Positions 13,223 to 27,200 of a stretch of DNA of 64,000 bases are shown here, piece by piece (position 1 is the first letter of the stretch; each line of letters starts with the position of its first letter). The translations under genes and the position numbers were made by a program. The notes beneath the pieces were generated by a model that was not told the DNA's origin, did no database searches, and saw nothing but the letters and a program-made list of their open reading frames with translations. Source of the stretch: Takakia lepidozioides (lineage: Eukaryota > Plantae > Bryophyta); NCBI GenBank assembly GCA_030704615.1, contig CM060732.1, forward strand, positions 33,666,001 to 33,730,000, read 5' to 3'.

Positions 13223-15575
13223 GTATGGACATTCTGCGTACTGTGACACCTTGGAAGGTGCCTGCACAACATCATCCCACTTCTTAACTAGTAAGGGCCG
13301 GGTTCCATGGGCACTCCCAAAACGCCCGGGCCGGGTTGTCTTCGATGTGTCTTCCACTGACTACACCACTCCGTTAATTTGTTGGTTGCTTATCGTCGTA
13401 GAAAATTAAGTTTGTTGCGCCCTTTACCTTACCACCCCCACTCCCCCAACTTTAATCAGGACCGGACAAACACCAGGCCGGCTTTTGTAGCCAATAAAAA
13501 CATTCTTCTCGCCAACTATACATTCTGTTCACAGGAGGAGGGATCCCAGGAGGAGGGATCCGATGAGAATAGCAGGGATCTATGTACATTGTACTCCCAG
13601 ATGTTGCGGTGTTCGATTCCATCAAGGGTGGTGGACCCGTTTTTACCTCTTTTGTGTAAATGTGGAGTCCTGTGGGTATTTCCTTTCTTTCTTGAGGAGC
13701 TTCTTGGAACCGGATTTTCTGAACGAGCTACGGAAAGCTGCCAGTTGGGAATGTGCTTGCATCACCTGACCTCACCTCTCTTCCCAGAAGAGAGGAAGCC
13801 TATCCTGCATGCACTCCTCCAATTTCTCACCCCATCCCCACCTCTCTACTCCGATTCTTGGACTCAACAACATGCATACGTTTGTTCGAGGCATTTACTC
13901 CTCGATGTAAAGCTGTTCAGAGGATTTGCAAAGAGGGAGAAAGGGAGGTGAGTCCAGAGCAATGAAGACACAAGACACTCATGTGAAAGAGAGATTCCGT
14001 AGACTGAAAGGTGCTTTTCCCTCCTTGATCTAGATGTGGGTCTTCTCAAGGTACCTTACCTAGAGCCTTTTTGGTCAGAGGGAAACAGTACGTGACAACT
14101 GACAGCAGCGTGGCAGGCATGGCTGCTCAGAAGGCAGTAAAGTAAAGGGAAATATACTTGGGAGGCGAGATGGTGCCACGCTGCTTGTGCTGCACACTTA
14201 ATCCCATTAAGTGTTGTCATGTCTGTGGGATGTGTTGTTTGCATCTGACATCCTTGGGAGCGTCAGCTTGCAGGCCTCATTGATGAACAGTTTGACCTGC
14301 ACCATCAAGACCTTCCTGTATGACCTGCATATGGGAGGCTGCTCTCCCTAGTTATCTCATAGGCTATCACCCACCAACAACACCGCTTTGCATAACACAG
14401 ACGATATCCATTACCTTCCTTTCAATTGATCATCAACTGTTCATTGTTCATATCTTTGAACGCTGATCCCTCTACTTAGTTAGTAACATGGGTATTTCCA
14501 TACTACGGCTCCACATGAATCTTCGAAACTAAGCTTAGGAAAATAAAAAGGAACACCATGCAGCTTTTCAAGCTCAGCATGCAGATGTCTACAAGTTTTC
14601 ATGCCAAAAAACCCTCGTGTTCGAGAGAGCACAAAAGCAGTTGCCTTTTGTTGTTTTCATGTGCATCAACCATAATGGAAGGGCTGGGATCTGCTCTGTT
14701 CTGAATGTGGGCATGGTGCGTCTGTCAAGTAGTCTAGATCTCAACTGGATTGCATGATTCCCTTCAACCAACCAAATGTCATACTTATTTGTGAACCAAG
14801 CACCACCATTACCTGTGGGCTTGAGATCCATTTTCACCTCTTAAAAGCCAACTGAACCCTTGTGCATCAAGTACACATCACAATCCTTCAACTCATGTTG
14901 GTGGCAATCCCACAAAGCATGTTTTTCTGCGAGGTCATTGAATTGATGCTGGAAGAACGCCAAGCTATACACTTTGAAAATACACTGCTGAAATTTTCTC
15001 AGCCTTAGCACCATTTACCACCAACCATGTGGCAGGATTGAAATCATACACTTACTGATCTTGCCATTGTGTTCTCTCATCCAGATAAATTATCTTTAAG
15101 GAAAAGATAAATGAAGACATGCATGTATACAATTGTTACAGAGATGGAAGAGAGTCACTACCTAAACTGCACCCTCCCATTATTTCTCCATTTGTGTTTT
15201 GGTACATTGTTAAGCGGAATGTGAGTCCACCAGCTGTCCTCAGTCAGTAGAGGCACATTTCACTTGGACTATCAGCAGTCGCGACATATTTCGATTTGTA
15301 TCCTCAATGTAGGAGGCTCCAGAGGAGGGAGCTTGCAGGAAGAGCTCATAGAGGCTTACCGTCAGGATATTCCTCATCTTTCGAGCAGACCCTTGGTATA
15401 GAAGCCACAGCATCGACGTGTTCCAACCTCCCAGAAACTTTCTTACCAACCTTCAAGGACGGGAGCAGATAATTCTCAGGTATCATAATGAGTTGGTCTG
15501 TGCCTGCAGACAACTACTCTCTATGGAAGAAGCTACAAGTAAATACATCTTCACATCTGCACATGGAGCGTGTCC

Positions 15576-18500
15576 CTACTCTACGGGAGATGGCCAAGCA
15601 GGTTCTGCTTTGATGTACATATCAGGCCTCGAGTCCGAGTTGGCCCACCCGACCGGGAGGACAACCTTTTGAAGCTTTCTTGGGACCGATTGTACTATGC
15701 CACCTTGGTCATGCCCATCCATGAGCAACTTTCCAATTTTAACCTTCCACTCTGTCCCAAGGTCAGCCCCCTCACCTCCCTTATTGTGATCATGTACCAC
15801 ACGGTGGCAAAAATTCAGGAGAGAGCCCAAACCACTGTTACGATTCCACCCATAGTCTTCCAGAATCACTGCCTCCTCATCCGTGATGTCCCGACCCACC
15901 TGTGTATACAACACACTGCAAATGTCACTATTCACAGCGGACAATTGACTATTGATTTATCTTGTCCACTTGTAGAGAGTGACACGTAGCTTTTGTAACA
16001 CTGGATCAACGAGATCAAAACGACTAAATTAAGCCTCAAATACCCTACTAAGGGGAATCCCACCAGCTGCCAACTAACAAAGGGCAGAATGTCAACTTGA
16101 CCCTTCTCAACATAATGCTAACTCCCCCCTGCAGCCAGGCATGAACTGCAAGAGCTGCATAAAGTGAATAATACAGCTGGAAAACGCAGTAACTAGAGTA
16201 GGGTCCACATTTGGTTCGTGTCTAGGAAAGGTGCTACAAGAGAGGCTTCACTGCACTGCCTCCTTCCACACGAAGCCCCAAACAAGTGATTGTGTCAAAG
16301 AGAACCTCAAAGGAGAGCCTCCAAGGCAAATTTGCGAAGATGTTGATTAAGAATGTACTCATAATACGACGTGTTCCGTAGTCTTGTGGCCATAGACCCC
16401 ACGCCCAGTTTGGGCGGACAAAGATGTTGATCAAGAGTTGACACAAAGTTATGACTCTTAGTTCCCACCAACCACACTCACCTCCAGCTGCCGATTTTCA
16501 AGGAGGGCTGCCCGACCAGTGCTAGCCACACTCATGACAGTAATCAGACGCTGTACTTGCCACTGTACAGGTAGTGTCTGTACCAGCTCAAAGAAGTATG
16601 TTGCAAATCCATACTCTGGGCGCTCCATCACAATTCTGCATTGAAGTAGAAAGTTAGATTTATGCACGGTGAGCCGCCAAGGAGATGGTGCCCACAAGTC
16701 TGATACTGGTCATCACCAAAGTAGATCTCGTACCATTAGTATGTGTTAATATTATGCATTTTAGGCATCCTACAGGATTTGAACCTGTGACCTTCAACTT
16801 AGAAGGTTATTGCTCCATCCAAGTGAGCTAAGAATGCACTATCTGATCTGATAGTTGATTCACAAATGCTGTGAGAATGGCTAGGGTAAATGTGAATTAA
16901 CCAGTAGGATATCAATCATCAACCAACCAGGGATGTATTTGGATTTTAGGGTAGGCCAAACATGTGATTGGAAATGTAGTACAGGACTCACAATGCAAGA
17001 ATCCGTAAAAAGTCTCCTGGAAGCTAATGGCTACTCTACCTTACCACTGATTAGAGATCGAAGCAAGAAATGCAGTTTGGCAGCAGATACTCTGGTCACC
17101 TGTGGTTCCACACCGGGTCAGTTTACTGGCCTTCCTCTTGCAGTTCAAGTGTACTGTGATGACCATTCTGCTGTTTGAAAGAAACTCTACCAGATACAAA
17201 CCTGTTATGTTTCTCAAACACAAAGAGGAACGCATGAAGACGTCGACACCATCCCCACTCCACTGGCCACTTTCGCCGCCGAAGTGATTTTGTCTGCCAC
17301 CCGAAAAGCAACAACCAAATTGAACAGTCTGTCTAAAACAAACACTAACATGAACAGTGTCCTCTCACAAACACATACACCTCACAAAAAATGAGAAATA
17401 CAGAAGATCAACATCTAAATATCAAGTACAGAGGATACATGCTAAACCACTGATCATTCAAGAGGTTTGTTCCTCTGGCCTGCCTGTTCAATTAATGAGA
17501 GGAGACAGGCCAAGCAATAGTGTGGGAGTGCGCTTGAATTCGACCCCAGCCCCTTAGAAGCTATGAGGTCCTTTGTAAAGCCAGTAGCTCCTCTCCAAAG
17601 CTGTGCACAATGTCAAGCAATGAGTAAATTACAGTGGACACGTGTGGGGACAAATCAGAAAATGAGTTACACATAAGCTGATATTGAGGTTCACCATATC
17701 TACTAAATATGATTCATGCGTTTACCTTGCCAATGACATTCTCAAGTTCACCGAAGGCATTCTCGTTACCCTCGGCATCCAGTCCATCATCCCAAGCCTC
17801 CCCATAAACTTGCATACCCTCAAGCAACCCTTTGTCTTGCAACTGCTGCGAGATATCCCAACAAACCAATATCACGTCAACAGAGATTGATTTCCAACAA
17901 GATTAGCCTAACACTGTTCTTCCTAGCCTACAAGAGAACTAGTCTTAGAGTACATGTTGCCAACCATCTACATATGATTGTATGCAACGAAAGTCCAAAG
18001 TCATACAAGAAGATACCTCAAGCAGGCCTGGTGCATCTTCTTGGAGAGCTGTCTCAATCGACCTGCAGATCAGCCACAAGAGATAAATGAAAAATCATCG
18101 AAGCTACCTATCCAACAGTGGTTCTTAGGAGTAGCATCACAATGAAATGAGTTCAAGAATGAGTCAGACTTATGTTGACCTTGCAAATCTTGCACTGCAA
18201 AAAAAAGAGATAAGAATAATGGGAACTCAAGGATTGAGAATCCAAAATTTCCTTGACTTTGAGAGCATGGTACTTTCTACTTCTTTAGAGAGGTATACAT
18301 GACTAGGCCACTTGTCTCCCATTGACAAACTTTTCAGATCGTGTGCAACTCTACAGTGTACTGAGTGGCACTCACACTTGGATGTTCTGTACAGTTACTT
18401 TGTCAGAAAGTGGCTTGCCTCCCAACAAAGGAGCCTCCTGCTTCATTATTGCCCTTATCTTGCGAGGAACTTCAATGGCCAAGTCCTGTGGCTGCTTTGT

Positions 18501-21500
18501 ATCCTCCACTTCTCTCCTCTGTACCTGCCCCACTCGTTGGAACTTCCTTCTTGCTGAAGGAGGACAAGGGCCTGGTTCTTCGCCACCCTTCTCTTCCTCC
18601 CTTTGAACAACTGCAATACATCATTGACAGGAGATCAATATCAAAATGATAGAATACATAGCATTTGGACGGCCTACCCTTGAAAGAGAACAGCTGGGGA
18701 AAACAAATGCTGGGATCAGGGAAGATTATCTCCCTCTAAACTATGCAAGGCTTCAAGCAACTGTCACGCTTTGAATTTCATTGTTGCACCAGATGGATGA
18801 AGCTTCTTCTAGAAAAGACAATCACATATCAGAAAATTCAACTCTGCTTAGTCAATAACCTGTCAACCAAAACAACCAAAATGTCAACTTTATCTGTCAG
18901 GCACCTGGTACAGGGTCAGGATGTAGGAGATGCACTTATAGGACTAAACTTGCCAGACCCAATGCAAGAAAGTATATACTCCATGTCTTAGTCAAACTCC
19001 CATATAGTAACCACTTTATCAGCACTCCTGTAGACAGTAGTGGGGTGTCTTGGCACAACTTATGGAAATTCAGTCTGAAATTGCCACACTGCCCAGTTTC
19101 ACAGTTTTGCACAGATGTGGTTAATGGGAATCAGTATTCATGTTTGGGATGGTATAGACAATGACTAGACAATAACTAACCCAGCTTTGAGCATCCTGAG
19201 TCGTTTGGACGTACGAATGGGAGAGCACTCAACTTGAAGTGGGCGGGCTTCCTACTGATGCTTAACGCTGGCACTACTGTGGTAACTCTGTGGTAGTAGT
19301 CACAATGTGCAAGAGAAGGCATGCAGATAGAGAGAAAAACCCAGGACCTCTTGCAATTCGATCTTAGCCCTATTTTCTTCTAGTTGCTGTCACAAAAAGG
19401 AAGGTCCACAACACGAACTCACCTGTTTTCAGCTCTGGCACCCAAACTTGTGAGTCATGATCTAACGTGATCTGTAACTCTGTTGGCTCAGCTTTTACTG
19501 GAGCTCCCATGATTTTATATTGCTCGTCCACCACCTCCGTGGAGCATTCTTTAATGAAAGAAACCTGAGAAACAAGTAAAGAAATCTTCTCTGTGCTTCT
19601 GCTCTCTAGCATGGCTACTTGCCGGCATGCCACTGGAGTTGCATCTTCCACAACTCGATTCCCCGATTGGATAGTTTGTGCAACATTGCTTATTGGTTGG
19701 CACCCATCTGTTGGACTGAACTCTACAGAGCTACTTGCAAACTGAGGGTTGAATTCCTTGCACTTATTTCCATGAAAAGGCGTCTGAGGTGAATGACCCT
19801 CTTTCTGATTTACTCCAAGAGAGCTTTCCCTAGCTGACAGAGTATGCTCCCACTCATCCAACGCCTTCTCCTTCACTTCCAACTCTTCTTTCTGGACTTG
19901 CAATGCAGCCTGCTGACAATATCATGACATCAGGGTGCAAAATATTTCTTAGAATCCTGTTATACAAGACAGTAAATGCATTGACAAGGATGGGCATAAT
20001 TCATATTTGCAAAATAGATATGTACCTATTACTGTGCTTATAAAGTGAAGTCCAGTCATGGTAAGATGATCTATCTGATACGCCTTTAAGAAACCGAGAA
20101 GGAAAGAGATACATCATGTGGACCTTATCTTTCTCAATCTGCCGTTGCATTTGCCTGAGCTCCGCCAGCTGTCAATTCCAATGCCCATGTGTCAGGTACC
20201 ATCCCATCTTTCAAAGCAAACAACAGGTCCCCGTCAACTGTTGGCATGCACATGATTAAAAAGAGAATGTGATACCTGGACAGCAATGTCTGTGCTTGTG
20301 CGCTCCATGGCCTCCTTCTCTGCTATCACTTCTTTTACCTGTCTCCATAGCCACTATGATTAGTAAATGGTTGTCAGCTGTAATGTTCCTACTTATTTCA
20401 CTTTGTGGTCAAAGGCACTTTTCTTGATATAATCTTCACTGCGGATAGGAATAGTGAAGATCTTTCAGAAAATCTTCCAGTGTCATCCTGCCTTGCCTTC
20501 CTCATATGCTACTTCTTCCAAGTATCTTCCTTCCAATTTGTTTCATGAACGAAGATGCTTATAGCATTTAACCCTAATGAATTCCATGGGCCCTGGCAAC
20601 CATAGGATTGTCTACAGATGGTGTCCTGATTTGATTGGTTGAGAGTTATATGGACCAATTGAGGCCATGGGTGCTCCTTTCCTCCCCTCCACTGTCTTAA
20701 GACCATCCACCAGTGGGGTTCATAACTAAGGAAAGGATGGTCAATGAAAAATGCCGTGCCCTTTTTTTGGGTGGCCAGTATATGGAAACAGACACCTTAC
20801 CTCATTCTGAATTTTCCGTCTCTCTGTTTCAGCTTGCTGCCTCAATGTACAGGCTTCAGCCTTCAGAACTCCAGCCAGTCTCTTCTCTTCTTTAACTGCT
20901 TCTTTCTGCTCATTGAATTCCCTTAGTCTGGCTTCCCTTGACTTCAGCGCCCTGCAACCAATTGCAACATAATGCAACATTAAGGGAGTGAGAATTAAAT
21001 CTACAAATGCTTTCTGCTGGGGTCAATCAAGGCCATTGACCAGTCACTGATCAACAACTTGGTTATGGCCCTAAGAATATACAGCGTGACAGCCCAACAG
21101 CTTAAGAATTAGTGCACGGCTTACCTCTCTCGCAACTTCATGGCTCGTTCCAGCTCTACCCATAGCTTTTGACAATGGTTGGCAATCTGTACAGAGTCTA
21201 CGAATCCATCTGCTGCTATTCCAGGTTTCTGATCGAGAAGCTCGTCTGAGGGAGGGAGATGAGTGCTGGTGCTTGGCCAACTTGAAGGAGATACCTGCAT
21301 TTCATTCTCTGACATTGGCAAAATAACTGTCTGTAAATGGAATACACAAGGAGAAATAGGGTTTTCATGAGTAGTAACGACTCAGAATCTGTTCTACAGT
21401 ATTTTGCTTGCCAATTTCTTTTGGCAATATGACCCCTGCCTCATTTGAACACCGCAGAAAAGAGGGGAAGGAGGGAGGGACAATAAATAGCAGAATGAGG

Positions 21501-22796
21501 GCCACCACATCACTGGCAGCTCCTCCAGGTAGTGGGATGTGTCTTTGCAACTAAAATCACTCTCCAGCTAGCATCCCTGGAATAAATAATAAAAGTGTGC
21601 ATGCATCCAACATAAAACACCTAAAGATTACTGATGCTATCCCAACTGGACTATCCCCACGCGTCATGACTTGACAGCTTCAAGTAGTAGTGTAATTGCA
21701 CTATTAGGTCACAGATACCCATGCAAATACAATTATTAACCAATGGCTAGAGTTTCACCTTAAATCTTAAAATATAGTTCAAACTTCAGGCATCCCAGAC
21801 AACAGTTCCTCTGCGTTCCTGCCCTGAACTGAGTTGATCCCAATTTCCTATTTGACTGCAGTTCTTGGTCTGCAATCCTAGCTTTGTAGCTGAACGAGGA
21901 GTCATTAATAGATGGATATCCTTCTCGAGCCATGGACTTCACTGGGACAAGTCTGTGTGTCTCTTCCCCCTTCATAAGCTCGTGTGCTGGAAAGGGACTG
22001 TTTTCAGATATTCCAAGTAAGCGAAGGTAAGCAAGGGTCAAATATGCAAATTAGATATTATCGACACATTGTACATTCTATAAGCCAGAGTAAACCTCTC
22101 TGAATCTCAGAGAGACAGAGAATGTACTCGTAAGACGTTGTTTGCAGTGGCCTTGTGGCCATAGTTTGGGCCCACCTCGGGCGGATCTCAGGGAGAGAGA
22201 GAGAGAGAGAGAGAGAGACGTCCGACCTCCTTGCAAAGACTACAGGTTTTAGGTTTACCTGCATTGGGCATCTCTCCAACGTTTTCGCCAGCTGCTTGGG
22301 CCGTCTGCGCAGCCATGTTGCCAGCTTTTTGTGCGTTCTTAAATTGTTTGAACTTACTGCGATAAAGCGCAGGAGCAGGCCTGGGTTCTATACGGTGACC
22401 ATCACCAAAACCGTTCAAGACCTGATGGGGAATGGTGTTGAGAAAAGGCTGCCTGGCCAAATTGGTAGGGATTTGGCCTACAAAATTCTCAGGTGGCATT
22501 GAGGCACATGTGTTGGGGCCAGCCAAATCAGGGGACGCAAAAGCAGACAAATTTCTTCGTGCAGGATCGGGGTTTCGAAAGTGCATGGGCCCATGCGTGG
22601 CACCCCTCATAACCGGCTTCCTCCTTGCTCCGTGACTATCGTCCGGCCACGACGAGGGACTGCTCGGTAGAACGGAAGAATTTTGGCCAACATTTGATGC
22701 GCCCGGAGGACGTGGGGACACCAAAACTCCACTGAAATCACCTTGCAAAGGAGCAATGGTCGGGCGAGCCCACGGCGAGGGCGGTCTATGAGACAT
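15576..22796 (-). CDS. Conserved plant protein of unknown function: low-complexity N-terminus, central coiled coil, conserved C-terminal domain
   Basis: Exons include 22796-22259, ~21330-21125, ~20951-20801, ~20338-20276, ~20168-20124, ~19909-19422, ~18609-18525, ~18061-18016, ~17844-17725, ~17600-17484, 17293-17202, 16635-16482 and 15899-15576. The spliced C-terminus reads YCLACLLSLIEQ-TKSLRRRKWPVEWGWCR..FVFEKHNR-IVMERPEYGFATYFFELV..-VGRDITDEEAVILEDYGW..GLGSLLNFCHRVVHD..EWKVKIGKLLMDG. I recognise this as a land-plant uncharacterised family. The N-terminal exon structure is less certain. Confidence 0.8.
16353..16420 (-). mobile_element. 5'-truncated retroposon tail with 16-bp TSD
   Basis: The insert ends TATGAGTACAT on the minus strand. 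It is flanked by aagatgttgattaaga (16337-16352) and aagatgttgatcaaga (16421-16436). Confidence 0.8.
16764..16837 (-). tRNA. trnR-UCU: Mitochondrial-type tRNA-Arg(UCU) copy (NUMT, probably a pseudogene) in an intron
   Basis: Sequence GCATTCTTAGCTCACTTGGATGGAGCAATAACCTTCTAAGTTGAAGGTCACAGGTTCAAATCCTGTAGGATGCC folds as a cloverleaf with anticodon TCT and T-loop TTCAAAT. It closely resembles bryophyte mitochondrial trnR(ucu) as I recall it, with D-loop substitutions. Confidence 0.85.
22122..22184 (-). mobile_element. Retroposon tail, same family, 18-bp TSD next to a (GA)n tract
   Basis: The flanks are atctcagagagacagaga (22104-22121) and atctcagggagagagaga (22185-22202). Confidence 0.75.
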
Positions 22797-24227
22797 GAAG
22801 GCGGCCGAACTACACAAAATACACACCAGAACAGGACAGAAAATGATGATTCATGTCTCAAGCAAGAGCTGTCAGACTATCGGCCGAGGTATAGTAACTC
22901 GTTTTGATCCGAAGAGACAACACTACACGCTTCGCACACTCGCGCATCCGCTTTCCCCAGCTCTTCCATTCTCCTCAACGGCCCGCCTTCGTTTCTTTCA
23001 CGAGGACATCACATCACATCTGAGATGTTGAAAAAACATTCTTCCCAAACAAAAACACGGCTTGAACACAGACCTTCACATATCAGCTGCATTCCATACC
23101 AAGAATCCGTCCCACAGATCTCAGAAGCGATCGGATGGAGAAATGCTCGAGAAGATCCCGAGAAAACCCCCAACAAAGCAGACAGGACACCGAAAGGAAG
23201 GGGAAGAAGCTCCACATTCTTTCTCCCATATCTTTCCCTTTCAGCGGTGTAGATCTGCTGAAATTTTCATCCTCCGGACACCATTACTCAGACGTTACAT
23301 AATCTTGTAGAAATTTCAGACTTTACACAGTCGTTATATCTTTCTAATTGAACGTTCAAGATGAGACCCGAGGAACATCTTACGGCCAAAGAGAAGACTG
23401 AAGTCTTTTACATGCGGTATCTATCTCTCGATTCCCAAGTGTCAGAGTTACATCGACGGGCCTTATTGCTACAACATAAATAAAGGAAACTATCTGAATA
23501 TATAAAATTTATTATTTTCTATATATATACGATCAGTTTGTTTCTAGAGATTTGGAAAACAGCACGAGTGGCTACAGAGTTTTGCAAAATATAGTCGTAC
23601 ATTCTGTTCATCCATTGAAGGATAGGATCATCCATAATTGTTTTATTTGGAGAAGTTTGGCGATTTCATCCATGAAAAAACAGGGAATTTACGACAGAAT
23701 ATTCCCTTTTTCTTTTTGGAGGTCGAGAATTCGCCAATAAATAAAACGCTTTAAGTAAACGCTTATTATATAAAACGCTTATTACGATGTATCTGATAAA
23801 CAAATAGGATTCAAAGAGGGATTCTGGTGCCGAGTCAGCGGGGTCGGCAAATTCCGCGGTTGGAACAGGCGTGTCGACATAGGCGGAAGGCCATGGCGAG
23901 CACCGTCACAGAGCCACGAGGAAGAAGAAGAAGGCAGACTAGAAGGAGTCCGATAGCATGAGAGAGACAAGGGATCCCATCAGAGCATTTTGGATGGGAA
24001 GAAGAACTCAAATTTGACAATTTCGAGAAGAGGTAGGGATCCAGAGGTGCTCAGGCAAGGCTGTATTGAGCCAGGTGGTTAGATTGCTGAGCACGGAAGG
24101 TTTGGTAGCGGGGCTGAGGGGATAGGGGATAATTCTGAGAGGGGGGTGAAAGGGGGAGAGAGAGAGAGAGAGATAGAGAGGAGGGAATACTGGGAGAAGA
24201 AATTTTTGGTAACCAGAGTGGTTCCTC

Positions 24228-27200
24228 ATGTCATCGCAACGGTCGGCCGCTGTGGCACGCAAGCTTCGGCTGAATCTTGTGAGTTTCTGGGACGTCATTT
24301 GCTTCGGTGGTAGATTGACCACCCCCCTGTACCCGTCTGCCTGCCTTTCTGCATATTCTTATTTTTGTGAGTTTCAAACAGGATGAACTTGGAGTAGTGG
24401 CATTCCACCTACTTGGATTGGAGGGGAAATGTGTTGTGGATTCGATTGGTTCTCTTTTCACACTCTTTCAGGTGGCGGGGGCTTTGCCTGCTTGGAATTT
24501 TACTGAATTTGTGAATACTGAGTCTGACCTACACTTCGTCGGATGTTTTTCAGGGGACTTTGCTCAATTCCAATACATCTTTAGCCTCGCAAGTGTACAA
24601 GAATTTGAATAGTTTAGGACAGACTCGGGGGTTGGTTACACCGTGCAATCATGGACAAGTGGCATCCAGGCAATGGCTAAATAGGTTGATATGGCCTGGC
24701 ATTTCTGGCCCCAGTATTGTTAGAACAGGTTTAGATAGGTTTGGGTTGCCGAGGCGATCCATATACAGCCATGAAGTGTCAAGAAGGGTTAGAAAGAGCT
24801 CCACTGTGCGGAGGGCATTTCTTCAAAACGGTGCATCCAGGAGAGCGTTTTCCAGTGAGAATCCCAGGAAAAAAGGTGAGCATATTTCAGAGGTAATTAA
24901 ATCGTCACAACTATATCATTCTTGAAAGAACCCTTTGTGTGCCAAGACCAAGAGGGATTGATTTATAATTGTCGGAGGGTGAGCATAGAACACTTAGTTT
25001 TAGCAAGCGGGGTTGCTTCAGGATTATTGCTGGCTGGTGCTGGAGTCCAAGTGCTGAGCTCTAATTTGGGATTCGTCCACATCAGATTGGTGTATCAATT
25101 TTCACAAGCCCTGCACTATTCTGCTTTGAACCACAAGGCACATTCTTTTTTAATTTCATCCAGCTTGTTGATGGTCAAATCTCCCCTTGACCAGATCTTC
25201 AGCCTCTATGACTTCATGCGCTGGAACCCTAAGTGAGGGTAAAAAGTAACAGAATGCTGTGAAGATTGTATTTTGTGGGCTTGCTGGTTTTCTCTACATC
25301 AGCAGGTGGCATTTTAGGTCTTTTTCATAGGTGGGGAGTGTGTCAACAACTAATGCACAAGCTCATCGCATGTAGTGTTCCCAGCTTCAAGCATGCATGT
25401 CAGCAGAATTGGGTCCTCTTGCTGTAATCCATAAGGCCAGGTTCACAATCACACCTCTGCGAGCTAATCCCTGTTGGAGTGGTAGTAGGGTTCAGTCTTC
25501 TACTTTTCTCAAGTGGGGCTGAGTCTGGCAATGCTTCTGTGTGTTCAGGGTATGAGAACTTCTATCCAAAGAACAAGAAAGATCTTCCCAAGGGCCGCAA
25601 TGAGCAGAAATCAGAGTCAAAGAATGGTAAGGGGCTTTCAAGGCCTGCTGTGATGCCATTCCTTCGCACTGGAAGCCAAATTCTGTGTGTAAGAATTCCT
25701 GCATTGCTACCCATTAAAGATGGGTTATTTCAGCTGTCATGTGAGTTGCACTATTATAACTGGCAAAAAAGAGCAAGGATGAGGAACTGGATGAAGTAGT
25801 TGGATTGTTTCATTACATTTGAGTGAAGGATCTTGGCGTGAATGGGTTAGCTTATCCTCATTTGCTTCAGATCCTCTATTCTATGTAAGGAAATGATCCG
25901 TGTAGGCTGTTGCCCAGTGACAGGTTTCAAGTAGCAAACCATGTTGCAAAGTAGGCAGTTATGAGGTAATTTCTTTGACACTAAAACCAAGGGTTTAACA
26001 TGTTTCAATGTATTGTCAGAAGATCCAAAATCTGAGGATCAAAAGATGTTCACAGAAGTCCCTAAGGCACAGCTGCAGTCACTGATTGCAACGGGTGCTG
26101 CCACAGTCGCCATTCTAACCACTCTCTCCATTGGCCGCAGTGACGCTCAACAGGTATCCATCTTTGTCTTTCTAAGTGTTGTGGCATTCCATCAAGAACT
26201 CTTGGTTCACCAAATAGTGACCTACAATCTAGTTCTAAGAGTTACATGTAGAAACTACATCTTGTTGGTCGATATGAATATGTGCTTAAGCTTCTATGTG
26301 CTGAGAGTAAAAGGGAGCCCTTTCCAGGACATTGAGCCAAGAATGTCTCCCGCTCACTCGCATCTCCCTCTGTAAGTCAGCCCACTCTTAATTCCCACAT
26401 TCCGTGTCGTCTTTTTGCAAGCAGATCAGCTTCCAGGAGTTTAAGAACAAGCTGCTGGAGCCAGGGCTGGTTGACCGGATCGAAGTCACGAATAAAAGTC
26501 TAGCAAAGGTGTATGTCCGGCCTGGGCCTTCCCAGTCTTTTTCCCAAGGGGCACAGGGGGGCGGTGGGTCTGATGAAATGCAGATTGACACCCGGCCACA
26601 GGGTAGCCATGGGGGCAGCCAGTACAAGTATTACTTCAACATTGGGAGTATTGAGTCCTTTGAGCGTAAGCTGGAGGATGCGCAGGATGTGCTAGGGGTG
26701 AACCCTCATAACTATGTCCCAGTTACATATGTGTCAGAAATGAGCTGGCAGCAGGAACTCCTTCGATTGGCCCCCACGATCCTGTTGATTGCAGGATATA
26801 TCTACTTTACACGACGGATGCAAGGAGGATTTGGAATTGGTGGAGGATCTGGAGGGGGTGGACGTGGGATTTTCAATGTGGGCAAGGCTCAAGTGACTAA
26901 GCTGAGCAAAAAGGCCAAAGATAAGGTTGGTTATGACAACTAGAAAGTTTGGGCAAGACCGGGGTATCTGCCAAGCTTGTTCATCCTAGAACATGCAAGT
27001 AATACGATATGAAGCAAATTGAGACAAGTAGCTGGATAGCTCTTTACTGGTTTATAACTGACTACCTTGGAGGGAGGATGAAGAGACAGATCAGACGTCA
27101 TGAGGCATATGGGGATAAGACGTACTGCTCGTTGTGTTTGTATGTCACATAGGGGGGAGAACTGACTTGGGTGGGGAAGTATTTCTAGTGAGAACAGACT

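Noticed and set aside
10900-15500. ORFs of 268 aa (11863-12669) and 190 aa (13379-13951), and a weak KSCGEDSYTFEF L1-like motif near 11270
   Set aside because: No family could be recognised. This is probably decayed repeats or pseudogene sequence, and the evidence is too thin to call.
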